A stretch of 53,330 bases of DNA from a virus (taxonomy: Duplodnaviria > Caudoviricetes), in IMG/VR virus record IMGVR_UViG_3300022685_000036, positions 1 to 53,330 of that record; one strand, written 5' to 3'. Shown in pieces: positions 25,717-34,492 of this stretch. Numbering within the stretch: the stretch's first letter is position 1; every line of letters begins with the position of its first letter. The notes beneath the pieces are model-generated. The model saw nothing but the letters and a program-made list of their open reading frames with translations, was not told the origin of the DNA and searched no databases. The translations under genes were made by a program, and so were the position numbers.

Positions 25717-25905
25717 ATGCCAGCACGTGAAATGATCGGCACCCCGCCGCCTGGGGCGACTCACTACCTTCCCCGTAGCGGGCTGTTTTACAAGATGGTG
25801 AAGCGCCCGAGCGGCCCTGTGATGTTCCGATACATCGACGGGGAATGGACGCGAGTAATGAAGTTCAACCCGCGCTCAATCCTGCCCATTGAGAAAGCAG
25901 GATAG
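25717..25905 (+). CDS. Hypothetical protein
   Basis: PPGATHY...FYK motif common in small phage proteins. Confidence 0.6.
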   Translation: MPAREMIGTPPPGATHYLPRSGLFYKMVKRPSGPVMFRYIDGEWTRVMKFNPRSILPIEKAG

Positions 25906-25955
25906 CCGCACCCGTTCATCTTGACACCGCCACCCACTCACAAAAGGCACGACCA

Positions 25956-26342
25956 ATGAGCATGTTCGTTATCAGGATCACGACAAACCACACAGACAAG
26001 GACCTCTGCCTCGCCAAGAAGGTCGAGGATATGCCCGAGATGATCAGCATCGGACAGGAGGTATGCGACAGCAACTTCGACACAAATTGGTTCATGGCCT
26101 TTGTCTTCTCCAATGCACCGATGATGGTGGCTGTGCTGGAAGAGGACTCGTTCCCTAAGGACCACGTGTTCACCCTGTTCGTCGGCACCCTGGCCGCCGC
26201 CATGCGAGATCTTTCGCCCGAGGAACGAGATCTCATGATCGAAAAGATCGACGCAGGTGAGGCTATGGAGCTTCACTGCAACCTCGATGGTGAGGAAAAT
26301 GAGATCGTCTGGCGCCTTTACGCCAGCAAGAAACAACGATAA
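25956..26342 (+). CDS. Hypothetical protein, tandem paralog A
   Basis: 128 aa; FVIR..T..TD.D.CL.K and ELHC.LD..EN...WRLY shared with next gene. Confidence 0.75.
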   Translation: MSMFVIRITTNHTDKDLCLAKKVEDMPEMISIGQEVCDSNFDTNWFMAFVFSNAPMMVAVLEEDSFPKDHVFTLFVGTLAAAMRDLSPEERDLMIEKIDAGEAMELHCNLDGEENEIVWRLYASKKQR

Positions 26343-26362
26343 CCCCATAGTGAGAAAAGACA

Positions 26363-26749
26363 ATGACTGATTTCGTGATCAGACTCTCCACGGACGAAAC
26401 GGACCTGGATGTCTGCTTGAGCAAGCCGACTAAAGAAGTTGCGAAAATCCTTCGAGGGATGGAACCCAAATCCGTCATTGACGACGATACAGACCACGTT
26501 CTGCGCGTCGTCTATGAGTCCGCGAAGGCCGCTATCGATGAAATCTCTGCCGACAGGTTCAGCACAAAGGCGGGAAACCTTCTGTTCATTGTCATTCTGG
26601 TGAGCGCAATGCGGGTCATAAAGGACGAAAGCAGGGACATCATGATGGACGCCATCGAAAAGGAAGAAGCAGTCGAACTGCACTGCCTGCTTGACAGCAA
26701 GGAAAACCAGGTTACCTGGCGTCTCTACGGCGCGGAGTCGTTACACTGA
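26363..26749 (+). CDS. Hypothetical protein, tandem paralog B
   Basis: 128 aa; same motifs as preceding gene. Confidence 0.75.
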   Translation: MTDFVIRLSTDETDLDVCLSKPTKEVAKILRGMEPKSVIDDDTDHVLRVVYESAKAAIDEISADRFSTKAGNLLFIVILVSAMRVIKDESRDIMMDAIEKEEAVELHCLLDSKENQVTWRLYGAESLH

Positions 26750-26937
26750 TGGATGAACTTTTCCTGCTGCTCGGCTTCCTGCTGGCGGTTGTCGTCGCAG
26801 GCTTCTTCACGGCCATGATCTTGCCGGGGACATACTGGGAAACGGACGAAGACTCGGACGACCCGAAGACGGGCCGCTCGATGAGCGACGGGGATCGCTT
26901 ATTGCATGAGCGGGTCAGAAGTCGCCGTAAACGCTGA
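26749..26937 (+). CDS. Single-TM membrane protein
   Basis: Hydrophobic N-terminal helix, charged tail. Confidence 0.6.
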   Translation: MDELFLLLGFLLAVVVAGFFTAMILPGTYWETDEDSDDPKTGRSMSDGDRLLHERVRSRRKR

Positions 26938-27092
26938 GTTTTTAATGGTTAAAGGTTTACATGAAAACATTCCGCATCATCAGCATCCGCTCCGCCAGCA
27001 CAGCCATGACCAAGACAGAGGTATATGACCGCTAATGCTTGACGCCTTGCTCGGCCTGTTCCTGAACGCGTTGACTAAACGAGAGAAAAGCC

Positions 27093-27350
27093 ATGACCAA
27101 CCCGCTAATTGATGCTGAGCATCACCACAACAGGATGTATCTTGACAACCGCGATCCAGAAACCAGAGAAGTGATTTGCAGCCTCATGGACCTGACTTAC
27201 GAATTGATTGAGGCGATGAAAGCCCTTTCTAAGTCGTGCGGAGGTATCAGGCCGGCAAAAAGCTCGATTTCGACAGAAGAGCTTGCTTGGCAATCTTTTG
27301 ATGAATCGGTCGCTAAAGCCGAGAAATTTCTTGTTGACTCGTGTCTGTAA
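27093..27350 (+). CDS. Hypothetical protein
   Basis: ORF with RBS GAGAG. Confidence 0.6.
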   Translation: MTNPLIDAEHHHNRMYLDNRDPETREVICSLMDLTYELIEAMKALSKSCGGIRPAKSSISTEELAWQSFDESVAKAEKFLVDSCL

Positions 27351-27362
27351 CCGAGCGATAAT
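27334..27362 (+). promoter_or_regulatory. Promoter P8 (divergent spacer) before helicase
   Basis: TTGACT-N17-GATAAT then GAGGG/CCCTC hairpin. Confidence 0.8.
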
Positions 27363-27409
27363 TCCCGGACATGAGGGAGATCCCCTCAACCACCGATTGG
27401 AGTCTGACG

Positions 27410-28816
27410 ATGCCACTTCCCGCCCTCTACCGCCATCAGGCCGAAGCGCTCGCCGCCTACGGCGACCGCGTCGCGTTTGCCTACCTCTGGGAACAGGGGA
27501 CCGGCAAGACAGTGATCGCGTTGGCTGAAGCCGCAGCAGCCCTCGATTCCGGCCACACTACCAACGTTCTCGTTGTTGCGCCAAAAGGCGTCCACACCAA
27601 CTGGGTAAACCGCGAGATCCCCAAGCACACGCCGCATATCGACGCTGTGGCCTGGTCCTCCCACGCGCGGGATCGCCGCGCGGCGGCGGACGCGACGCTG
27701 TTCGCGATCAACTACGAAGCTCTCGCCACCAAAGCGGGGTTCGCCGCTGCGCAGAACTTTGTGCGGTCCGGGCCGACGTTGCTGATCGCGGATGAATCTT
27801 CATACATTAAATCGCCATCCGCCATCCGCACACGCAACACGCTAGCGCTGGCGCGGCTATGCCCGGTGCGGCGCATTCTCAACGGCACCCCAATCGAGAA
27901 CGCGCCTATTGACCTGTTCTCACAGTTCGAGCTGCTGCAGCCCGGTGCGCTCGGATTTCGGAAGCACTCTGATTTCATCGCCAACTACGCGAAGTTGCTT
28001 CCGGCGGATCATCCAATCGTGGTTGCGGCTGTAGCAAGATCGCGCTGCAACTTCGCGCCGCAGATCATCGAGCGCGACGCCCGTGGAAGACCAATCTGGC
28101 GAAACCTCGACCATCTCCGAGACCGCGTCCGGAATTGGTCATCGCGGTTGCGGAAAGAGGATTGCTTGGATTTGCCGCCGAAAGTGTACGAGCGTTCTTA
28201 TTTCTCGCTACCGGCGGAGGCTCGTCGCCATTACAACGCGCTGAAATCGGAACACGCCACAGAGATCGAAGAAGCGCTTGTGACCGTCACCCCGCTCACC
28301 GCGCTAACGAAGCTGCAGCAGGTCACATCCGGATTCATCAACGTTGATGGCGAGCCGCGCTATCTTCTGGAGAACAACCCTCGAATCGCAGCCGTCCAGA
28401 GCATTGTCGATTCGTTGCCGGCCGACCGTTCCGTTATCCTCTGGGCGCGGTTCCGCGAGGAGATCGAAGCGCTGTGCGCCGCGCTCCCAGGCGCCGTGCG
28501 GTACGACGGGTCAACCCCTGCGGCTGACCGCGAGCGAGCTGTAGACGCCTTCCAGAGCGGCGCTGCGCGGTTCTTCGTCGGCAACCCGTCGGCGGGTGGG
28601 CGAGGGCTGACGCTGACGCGGGCGAGCGTGGTGATTTACGTCTCGAACTCGTTCAGCTACGGGCACCGCGCACAGTCCGAGGACAGGGCGCACCGCATAG
28701 GGCAAGACAGATCGGTCACCTACATCGATCTGATTGCTGAAGACACAATCGACGAGAAAATCGTCGACGTACTGACAGATAAGCAAAATGTTGCAAGAGA
28801 CATCATCGATGGATAA
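27410..28816 (+). CDS. SNF2-family (SF2) helicase
   Basis: EQGTGKT, INYE, ADESS, LNGTP, DCLDLP, GRGLTL, QSEDRAHRIGQ. Confidence 0.93.
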   Translation: MPLPALYRHQAEALAAYGDRVAFAYLWEQGTGKTVIALAEAAAALDSGHTTNVLVVAPKGVHTNWVNREIPKHTPHIDAVAWSSHARDRRAAADATLFAINYEALATKAGFAAAQNFVRSGPTLLIADESSYIKSPSAIRTRNTLALARLCPVRRILNGTPIENAPIDLFSQFELLQPGALGFRKHSDFIANYAKLLPADHPIVVAAVARSRCNFAPQIIERDARGRPIWRNLDHLRDRVRNWSSRLRKEDCLDLPPKVYERSYFSLPAEARRHYNALKSEHATEIEEALVTVTPLTALTKLQQVTSGFINVDGEPRYLLENNPRIAAVQSIVDSLPADRSVILWARFREEIEALCAALPGAVRYDGSTPAADRERAVDAFQSGAARFFVGNPSAGGRGLTLTRASVVIYVSNSFSYGHRAQSEDRAHRIGQDRSVTYIDLIAEDTIDEKIVDVLTDKQNVARDIIDG

Positions 28817-29744
28817 TTTCCACGCTGAACGGCGGGAAGGCTTGGGCGGCAGCGACATCGGCGTGCTGCTCGGCTTTTCAATCAAGACGCCTTACGAACT
28901 GTGGCTGGAGAAAACGGGACAGGAAGAGCAGTTTGAAGGCAACTTGGCCACCCGCATGGGCACTCGGCTCGAAGAGGCCGTTGCGCAGGAATACGCTTCT
29001 GCCACAGGCCACAAGGTTCAGCGCTATCATCAAATGCTGCGCCATCCGGAAGCGCCCCTGATTGGCCACCCAGACCGACTCGTCGTTCCGGAAGGACAAC
29101 AGTCGGCTGTATGGTTCGGTCGGATTCGCGCTAGGAAAGGTCTGGAATGCAAAACCGTCAATCCCCATGCTTTCGCGGCCTGGAACGACGAGCTACCGGA
29201 CGCCTATCGAGCGCAAGCGCAAACGTACATGACGCTGACGGGCTGCCACCAATGGGACGTGGCCGCGCTGGTTGGTGGGAATTTGCGGTTTGAAATCTTT
29301 CCCGTCGAGCACGACCCGGATCTCGAAGAGCGCATCTTGGCGCTGGTCAGCGACTGGTGGGACCGCCACGTGATCGGCGGCGAGCCGCCCACCCCCACCA
29401 CCGAGCGGGAGGCGCGGCTCCGGTACGCGAAGGCGAGCAAAGGCAAAACGATCGTCGTTGAGGATGACGTCGCTTCTGCAATCGAAGAGCTGAAAACCAT
29501 TCGTGCAGAAATAGCCGAACTCGAAAGGCGAAAGCAAGCGCTACGCAACACGCTGATTCCGGAACTCGGCGACGCGACAGAGATCGTCGACAGTGACGGT
29601 GTGTTGTTGGCGACTTACCGGCAGAACCGCGATTCGCGAAAGGTGAATTGGGAAGCAATTTCCAAAATGCTTCCAGCTTCCGTCATAAAAGAGAACACCG
29701 AGTCGGTCCTCGGCGCCAGAGTGCTGCGGCTGATAGGAGACTAA
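28809..29744 (+). CDS. YqaJ/lambda-exonuclease-family recombination nuclease
   Basis: R..GLGGSD, TPYELWLEKTG, G..LE, HPD, LECKT, Y..Q.Q.YM. Confidence 0.9.
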   Translation: MDNFHAERREGLGGSDIGVLLGFSIKTPYELWLEKTGQEEQFEGNLATRMGTRLEEAVAQEYASATGHKVQRYHQMLRHPEAPLIGHPDRLVVPEGQQSAVWFGRIRARKGLECKTVNPHAFAAWNDELPDAYRAQAQTYMTLTGCHQWDVAALVGGNLRFEIFPVEHDPDLEERILALVSDWWDRHVIGGEPPTPTTEREARLRYAKASKGKTIVVEDDVASAIEELKTIRAEIAELERRKQALRNTLIPELGDATEIVDSDGVLLATYRQNRDSRKVNWEAISKMLPASVIKENTESVLGARVLRLIGD

Positions 29745-29746
29745 CA

Positions 29747-29905
29747 ATGAAAGCTCCTGACGTCAAAGGAGGTCGCGTTCAGTTTACGGTGCGGTTACCG
29801 CCACAGCTGTACATCGAACTCTCGAAGCTCGCCAAAAAAGAAACACGCACAATGACCAGTTTGGTCGAAATCTCAATAAAGAGGTACCTTGATGAAAATC
29901 GCTGA
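29747..29905 (+). CDS. Arc-like ribbon-helix-helix regulator
   Basis: QFTVRLPPQLYIELSKLAKKETRTMTSLV. Confidence 0.75.
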   Translation: MKAPDVKGGRVQFTVRLPPQLYIELSKLAKKETRTMTSLVEISIKRYLDENR

Positions 29906-30431
29906 ATACAGCTCGGAAGCTGGCGGCACCGTAAAGCAGCTCAAAGAGACATCCATCCGTATGCTGGAGGCTGTCGTCCGCGGAGACTCGGATGGTTTTC
30001 GAGAAGAAGCCGAGTCGGTTCACACCCTAATTGAGCACATTCTCGGAATTGAGCATCGCCTATCCGGAAAAGCGAGCATGGCGATGAGTATCGACGATAT
30101 GTTCAACAAGTCTTTCACCGAACTGTCTTCCCGTATTCACAGCGACAACTACAAGAAAGGCTTCTGGCCAGACGAAATCGAGAGCCGCAACCCTGGTGAA
30201 GCGATCGCGCTGATGCACTCCGAGCTGAGCGAAGCGCTGGAGGCGTACCGCCACGGTCTACCGATGAGCGAGAAGATCCCCAACTTCAGTAACGCCGAAG
30301 AAGAGTTCGCGGACCTCATCATCCGTGTGATGGACTTCACAGGCGCGCATCGCATGCGCATCGCAGAAGCCGTCCTCGCGAAACTTGACTACAACCGTAG
30401 CCGCCCACAGAAGCACGGGAAGGAGTTCTGA
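29892..30431 (+). CDS. MazG-like nucleotide pyrophosphohydrolase
   Basis: IALMHSELSEALEA...EEEFADLIIRVMD...K..YN..RP.KHGK. Confidence 0.85.
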   Translation: MKIAEYSSEAGGTVKQLKETSIRMLEAVVRGDSDGFREEAESVHTLIEHILGIEHRLSGKASMAMSIDDMFNKSFTELSSRIHSDNYKKGFWPDEIESRNPGEAIALMHSELSEALEAYRHGLPMSEKIPNFSNAEEEFADLIIRVMDFTGAHRMRIAEAVLAKLDYNRSRPQKHGKEF

Positions 30432-30563
30432 CGAATGAGCGATTCGCTATTACTCGAATTAGGCGACACCTGCCCGTCCAGAAGTGGTGTGACTGCCGTG
30501 AGAGAGCGGCGCCTTTCAACGTCCTGGGGCATGTGGATGGAGCGTAAGCAATGAGTCACAGCA

Positions 30564-30776
30564 ATGGCTAACCATTACAACCATATTTTAGTTAGGTTTG
30601 AAGAGCCTGGGGTTGCTCCGTCAATTAAACGATACGAGCTACCTGAAGAGCCTTATGCGCAAGCTTTACTGCTAAAGGCTTTAAGCATGTCTCCTATCGT
30701 TAAAGATTTGGGTACAGTAATACAGGGTCATTGGAGTCCTATCAACACGGAAAAACAAAATGAAATAGACCACTAA
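30564..30776 (+). CDS. Hypothetical protein (AT-rich)
   Basis: ORF visibly lower in GC than flanks. Confidence 0.5.
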   Translation: MANHYNHILVRFEEPGVAPSIKRYELPEEPYAQALLLKALSMSPIVKDLGTVIQGHWSPINTEKQNEIDH

Positions 30777-30830
30777 ACCGGGAGAAGTCCGACACGCCCA
30801 AGCGCGGGCGCAGCCGCTGGAGATGAACCA

Positions 30831-31157
30831 ATGGAAACCAAGACTTGCACAAAATGTAACGATGTCAAGCCGCTGGAGATGTTCAGCAAACGCGCCAGCA
30901 GTCCGGATGGCTTTAATTCGTGGTGCAAGCAGTGCTATTCGGATTATAGGAAAAAACACGCCGCCCGGCAAAAGCCGAATCTGCCACCGCACCATATTAA
31001 AAAGTGTGGCAAATGCGGAAAGGCCAAGCCAGCGGCTGCTTTCTACAAGGATGTCTACAGCCTGGATGGACACACACACTGGTGCAAGCAATGCATCTTG
31101 GTTCGTCAGAGGGACTACGTCGCCCGGCTGAGAGAGCAAGCGCAGTCCCGGAGATAA
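30831..31157 (+). CDS. Double zinc-finger protein (HNH/EndoVII-associated type finger, no nuclease domain)
   Basis: Two K.C.KC...K....F......DG...WCKQC repeats. Confidence 0.75.
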   Translation: METKTCTKCNDVKPLEMFSKRASSPDGFNSWCKQCYSDYRKKHAARQKPNLPPHHIKKCGKCGKAKPAAAFYKDVYSLDGHTHWCKQCILVRQRDYVARLREQAQSRR

Positions 31158-31161
31158 GCTC

Positions 31162-31644
31162 GTGAAGACCATGACCGACAACGACTGGAGTGCCTTAGAG
31201 GCATCCATCAGGCACTGGCGGGACAACGAAGCCCGCCAGAAAGAAGATAAGGATCTTTCTGTTGGCATGGATGCCTGCGCGCTGTGCCAACTCCAAAAGC
31301 GGCGCGTGTGGAACGTCATTTCGAAAGCGTTCACCGACGAAGACGCAGGCGGGGTGGCGCCGACCGTCTGCTGCACGACCGCAGACGCGGAAGATGAGTA
31401 CGCGGAAGACTGGCCCATGGGGAGGACCATCAGCCCATGCGTCATCGCGGAATTCACAGGGCGTCCAAGTTGCGAAGGCACGCCCTATTACGATGCCGCG
31501 GCGGAAGAAATCCCCGCGTCGGTGATGACGCAGTGGCTGGAACAGCTTTATGCGCACATGCGCAACCCGGAAGTCAACGCGGCACCGGCGGTCAAGGACT
31601 CCTGGACCAACGAAGAGCCAAGCAGCGGGGTTTTCCGTGTCTGA
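31162..31644 (+). CDS. Hypothetical Cys-containing protein
   Basis: ALEASI.HW, CALC, CVI...C.GTPY. Confidence 0.65.
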   Translation: MKTMTDNDWSALEASIRHWRDNEARQKEDKDLSVGMDACALCQLQKRRVWNVISKAFTDEDAGGVAPTVCCTTADAEDEYAEDWPMGRTISPCVIAEFTGRPSCEGTPYYDAAAEEIPASVMTQWLEQLYAHMRNPEVNAAPAVKDSWTNEEPSSGVFRV

Positions 31645-31822
31645 GACCCCCTCCAAAGAGCAGATCGAGCGCGCCAGAAGCCTGGTCGCGCTGGCGCATT
31701 ACGTCGTCAATCATCTGATCGGGATCGGTATGCGGCTTGACTATGGTGGTCCTGCGATTTGCCTCCCCCAGCCCCAACTCTCCAAACAAAACGGATCTTT
31801 CTTCCAAGAGGAAAAGCAATGA
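31637..31822 (+). CDS. Hypothetical protein
   Basis: GTG start overlapping upstream gene; coupled to next gene. Confidence 0.5.
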   Translation: MSETPSKEQIERARSLVALAHYVVNHLIGIGMRLDYGGPAICLPQPQLSKQNGSFFQEEKQ

Positions 31823-32334
31823 ACTTCAACACTGTCACCGCCGCCGCGCTGGCCATCTCCCTGTCCGGCTGCGCGATCACCAAGCCGCCGGGGCGGACTG
31901 TCGAGGGCCGCCCCAGCAACCCCCTCGCCTACACCGCGGACGTGGCGCAGTCAGCAGATGCTGCCACCGCCGTTGCCGCGACTGTGCTGCCTGGATTTAT
32001 GGAGTTGAACCCCCTCGGGCTCATGCTGGTGCCGGTCAAGTTCCGCATGGCAGCCATGGCCGAGAACAACACGTCCGAGGACTGCGAGTCGGCCCAGAAG
32101 GCTATCGCCATCGGCGGCCTCGGTCCAGCGGCGTGGGGCGCCGTGCTCTTCGCCGGCGGCACCGTGGCCACCGCGGGCGCGGCGTTGGTGGCCGCGCCCG
32201 CGGCCCTGTGGGCGTCTGGCCTGCTCGACAAGAGCGCCGAGGCACGTTGTGCGGACGCCCGCCCGCTCACCAAGAAGGAGCGCACTGCGCTGACTGAGAA
32301 GATGGACGCTGACCGTGCGATGTGGGGGTTTTGA
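31819..32334 (+). CDS. Lipoprotein with hydrophobic Gly/Ala-rich segments
   Basis: Lipobox LSGC after MNFNTVTAAALAIS. Confidence 0.7.
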   Translation: MNFNTVTAAALAISLSGCAITKPPGRTVEGRPSNPLAYTADVAQSADAATAVAATVLPGFMELNPLGLMLVPVKFRMAAMAENNTSEDCESAQKAIAIGGLGPAAWGAVLFAGGTVATAGAALVAAPAALWASGLLDKSAEARCADARPLTKKERTALTEKMDADRAMWGF

Positions 32335-32376
32335 TGAAAGACTACAAACCTGCCAACCCAACCACAGGAGAATAAA

Positions 32377-32895
32377 ATGACCATCATCAACCTGACCCAA
32401 CACGCAGCCACGCCCGCCCAAAAGGCGGCGGGTGTCGTCGATGTCCACAACCGCGACGCGCTGACTCGCCTGCTGACCGTACAGGTTAGTGGGGAGTATG
32501 GGTTCTCGAGCCTGTCCAAGGAGGGACAGAAAGTGGTTCTGGACATGCGCGTCGGGCAGATCCTGTCCGAGTTCGTCTTCCCCGCCGTCACGGCAGAGCA
32601 GCGTCAGTACCTGGCCAGCATCTACGCAGCCGGTCAGAACGACTACCACGTCGACCCCGACGCGTGGGCGGCGGGACTGTCCCTCACCGAGCTGAGCCAG
32701 CTCGGAAAGCCGACCGTCAAGGCCATGATCGGCGGCTTCGCGCCGCTGGTCGCCAACCTGACCGAGCGCCTGAAGGGAATTGGCGTTCGGCCCGTGGTCG
32801 CCTTGAGCGACCGCGTGTCCAAGGAGGAAGCGCTTAGCGACGGCAGCGTCCGCAAAACACAAGCGTTCGTCCACTGCGGGTTCTACGAGTTGTAG
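32377..32895 (+). CDS. Csx20-like protein, candidate cyclic-oligoadenylate ring nuclease
   Basis: RBS AGGAG; IINLTQH.AT..Q and P..A.S.R.S.E....DGSV.K...F.H.GF motifs. Confidence 0.55.
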   Translation: MTIINLTQHAATPAQKAAGVVDVHNRDALTRLLTVQVSGEYGFSSLSKEGQKVVLDMRVGQILSEFVFPAVTAEQRQYLASIYAAGQNDYHVDPDAWAAGLSLTELSQLGKPTVKAMIGGFAPLVANLTERLKGIGVRPVVALSDRVSKEEALSDGSVRKTQAFVHCGFYEL

Positions 32896-32949
32896 GCCCG
32901 CATCAACAAACAGGCTGCGCGAGCGCGCAACCCCGACCGGAGCAACGAC

Positions 32950-33198
32950 ATGAGCGATCAACACTACGTCCTGCGGGGCGCCATCAGTGGTACACCGTTC
33001 GCATCTCAGGATGAGATGCCGGATGACTTCGGCCACCCCGTCGAGTGGGACGGCGAAGAGTGCTTCTGGGCACTCGAAACCGTAACTCCGCCGCGGCGCC
33101 ACTGCCCCGAGTGCGGCTCCGCGCCGTATGCGGCGCCGAACCCCCCAAAGGGCACCGATGTTCGGTGCCCCGAATGCGACACGAGGTGGATCGTATGA
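32950..33198 (+). CDS. Zinc-ribbon protein
   Basis: CPECG...CPECD. Confidence 0.65.
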   Translation: MSDQHYVLRGAISGTPFASQDEMPDDFGHPVEWDGEECFWALETVTPPRRHCPECGSAPYAAPNPPKGTDVRCPECDTRWIV

Positions 33199-33419
33199 AG
33201 ACCGACCCCAACCAGCGCCACCGCATGGCACTCAAGACCCTTCGCTGAGCAGCATTCCCGCTGCCTGTGTGGCGCACCGAGCCCGGCATGGATGGCCCGT
33301 CAGGCGATGTGTGGTTTGACAACTCCGGCCGCCTTCGCGCGACCGGCGGAGCCAACCAGCCTGCTACAAAATCAGATGAACGGCCGTACTACGGCCCCGT
33401 GGAGGACCACTCCGGATGA
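33195..33419 (+). pseudogene. ORF with a single internal TGA, N-terminally paralogous to the next gene
   Basis: MKTDPNQRHRMALKTLR*AAFP aligns to MNTDPRARQFRAIKTVERALFP; frame stays open to an ATGA overlap at 33416-33419. Confidence 0.6.
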
Positions 33420-33817
33420 ACACCGACCCAAGAGCCCGGCAATTCCGGGCGATCAAGACCGTTGAGCGCGCCCTGTTCCCCGAAAAGTGGGGCACGGGGA
33501 AGATCTTTCCTCTTGTGGACCTGACCCCGCAGGAGGGGCTCACCGTCTGGCGCGCGCCGGAGTCGCAGCCGCTGACCGAAAATGGCGGCACTATGTACAC
33601 GTACCCGGCTCTGATCTATGCGGAGCCGGAAGTCATCCACCTGGAGCGCGATAGCGGTCTAGAGTGGATGGCGAGCGCGTGGGGCGGCAAGCCCCGAACG
33701 TGCTTGTGGACGAAGTACATGCGCTTCGATCTCGACAGCGCCATGTACCGCTTGGCGCTGGCGTATCCGGGAGTGCGGATCGAAGTCCTCCCGGATGTTG
33801 ATCCGGACGAAGACTGA
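33416..33817 (+). CDS. Hypothetical protein
   Basis: RBS GGAGG. Confidence 0.7.
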   Translation: MNTDPRARQFRAIKTVERALFPEKWGTGKIFPLVDLTPQEGLTVWRAPESQPLTENGGTMYTYPALIYAEPEVIHLERDSGLEWMASAWGGKPRTCLWTKYMRFDLDSAMYRLALAYPGVRIEVLPDVDPDED

Positions 33818-33857
33818 CCACCCCGCCCGGCTTGGCCGGGCACAATAGGAGAACCCT

Positions 33858-34178
33858 ATGCCACAAGCTCCTTCGTACATACAAGCTAGGACCTGCTCGG
33901 ACGGCGATGGCTTATGCTGGCCCATCCCGCCCGAAGCAGGATTCTATGTCTTGTCAGCCCCTGGGGGGCACCGCTGCGCCCTGTACAAGAAGAACAAACC
34001 GACCCCGGTTCAGCACGGGATTGGGCAGCAGTACGATGGGCGCGCCACCCACGTGCCGAAACTGCTGGAAAACGCCCAGCTTGAGTTCGTTGCAGAGGTT
34101 GGCCCCACAGGGGGTTTCTTTTCAGAGCATGCGGCAGTTGATGCGGCGCTGCTACCACTGCGCGCCGCAGATGCGTGA
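33858..34178 (+). CDS. Hypothetical protein
   Basis: RBS AGGAG. Confidence 0.65.
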   Translation: MPQAPSYIQARTCSDGDGLCWPIPPEAGFYVLSAPGGHRCALYKKNKPTPVQHGIGQQYDGRATHVPKLLENAQLEFVAEVGPTGGFFSEHAAVDAALLPLRAADA

Positions 34179-34492
34179 CTGGGGTCGGATCGCCGTCCCG
34201 GCATGACACCCTTTCTCATTTTCGTCCGCGGTCAGTATCTAGGCGTCATCAACGCCGAACTGGACGGGGTTAGGCGGCGAGTGCCCGTCCGGCGACTATC
34301 GACAAAACCCCGCCAGTGCGCGGCGCTGACCTCCTCTTGTCGTGACCGACTCCAGGCAGCGCGCGTGCACCGTTCGCCCCACGATACGGGGCACAACCCA
34401 ACCCAATCTGAGAGACCATTGGCCATGACCATGAACTACAACGTCGTTTCAGCCGCCGCCGTGCCGGTCATCTCTCTGTCCGGCTGCGCGGT

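Noticed and set aside
25921-25950. TTGACA as a ninth early promoter
   Set aside because: No -10-like hexamer at 16-18 nt spacing.
15315-33231. Long minus-strand ORFs in the early arm (e.g. 15315-16139, 16368-17390, 23632-24840, 31951-33231)
   Set aside because: Antisense shadows expected from GC-rich codon usage; plus-strand frames carry the motifs and RBSs.
33246-33248. Genome-wide stop-codon reassignment
   Set aside because: TGA, TAG and TAA all terminate conserved genes normally; only one internal TGA was seen and no suppressor tRNA was recognised.
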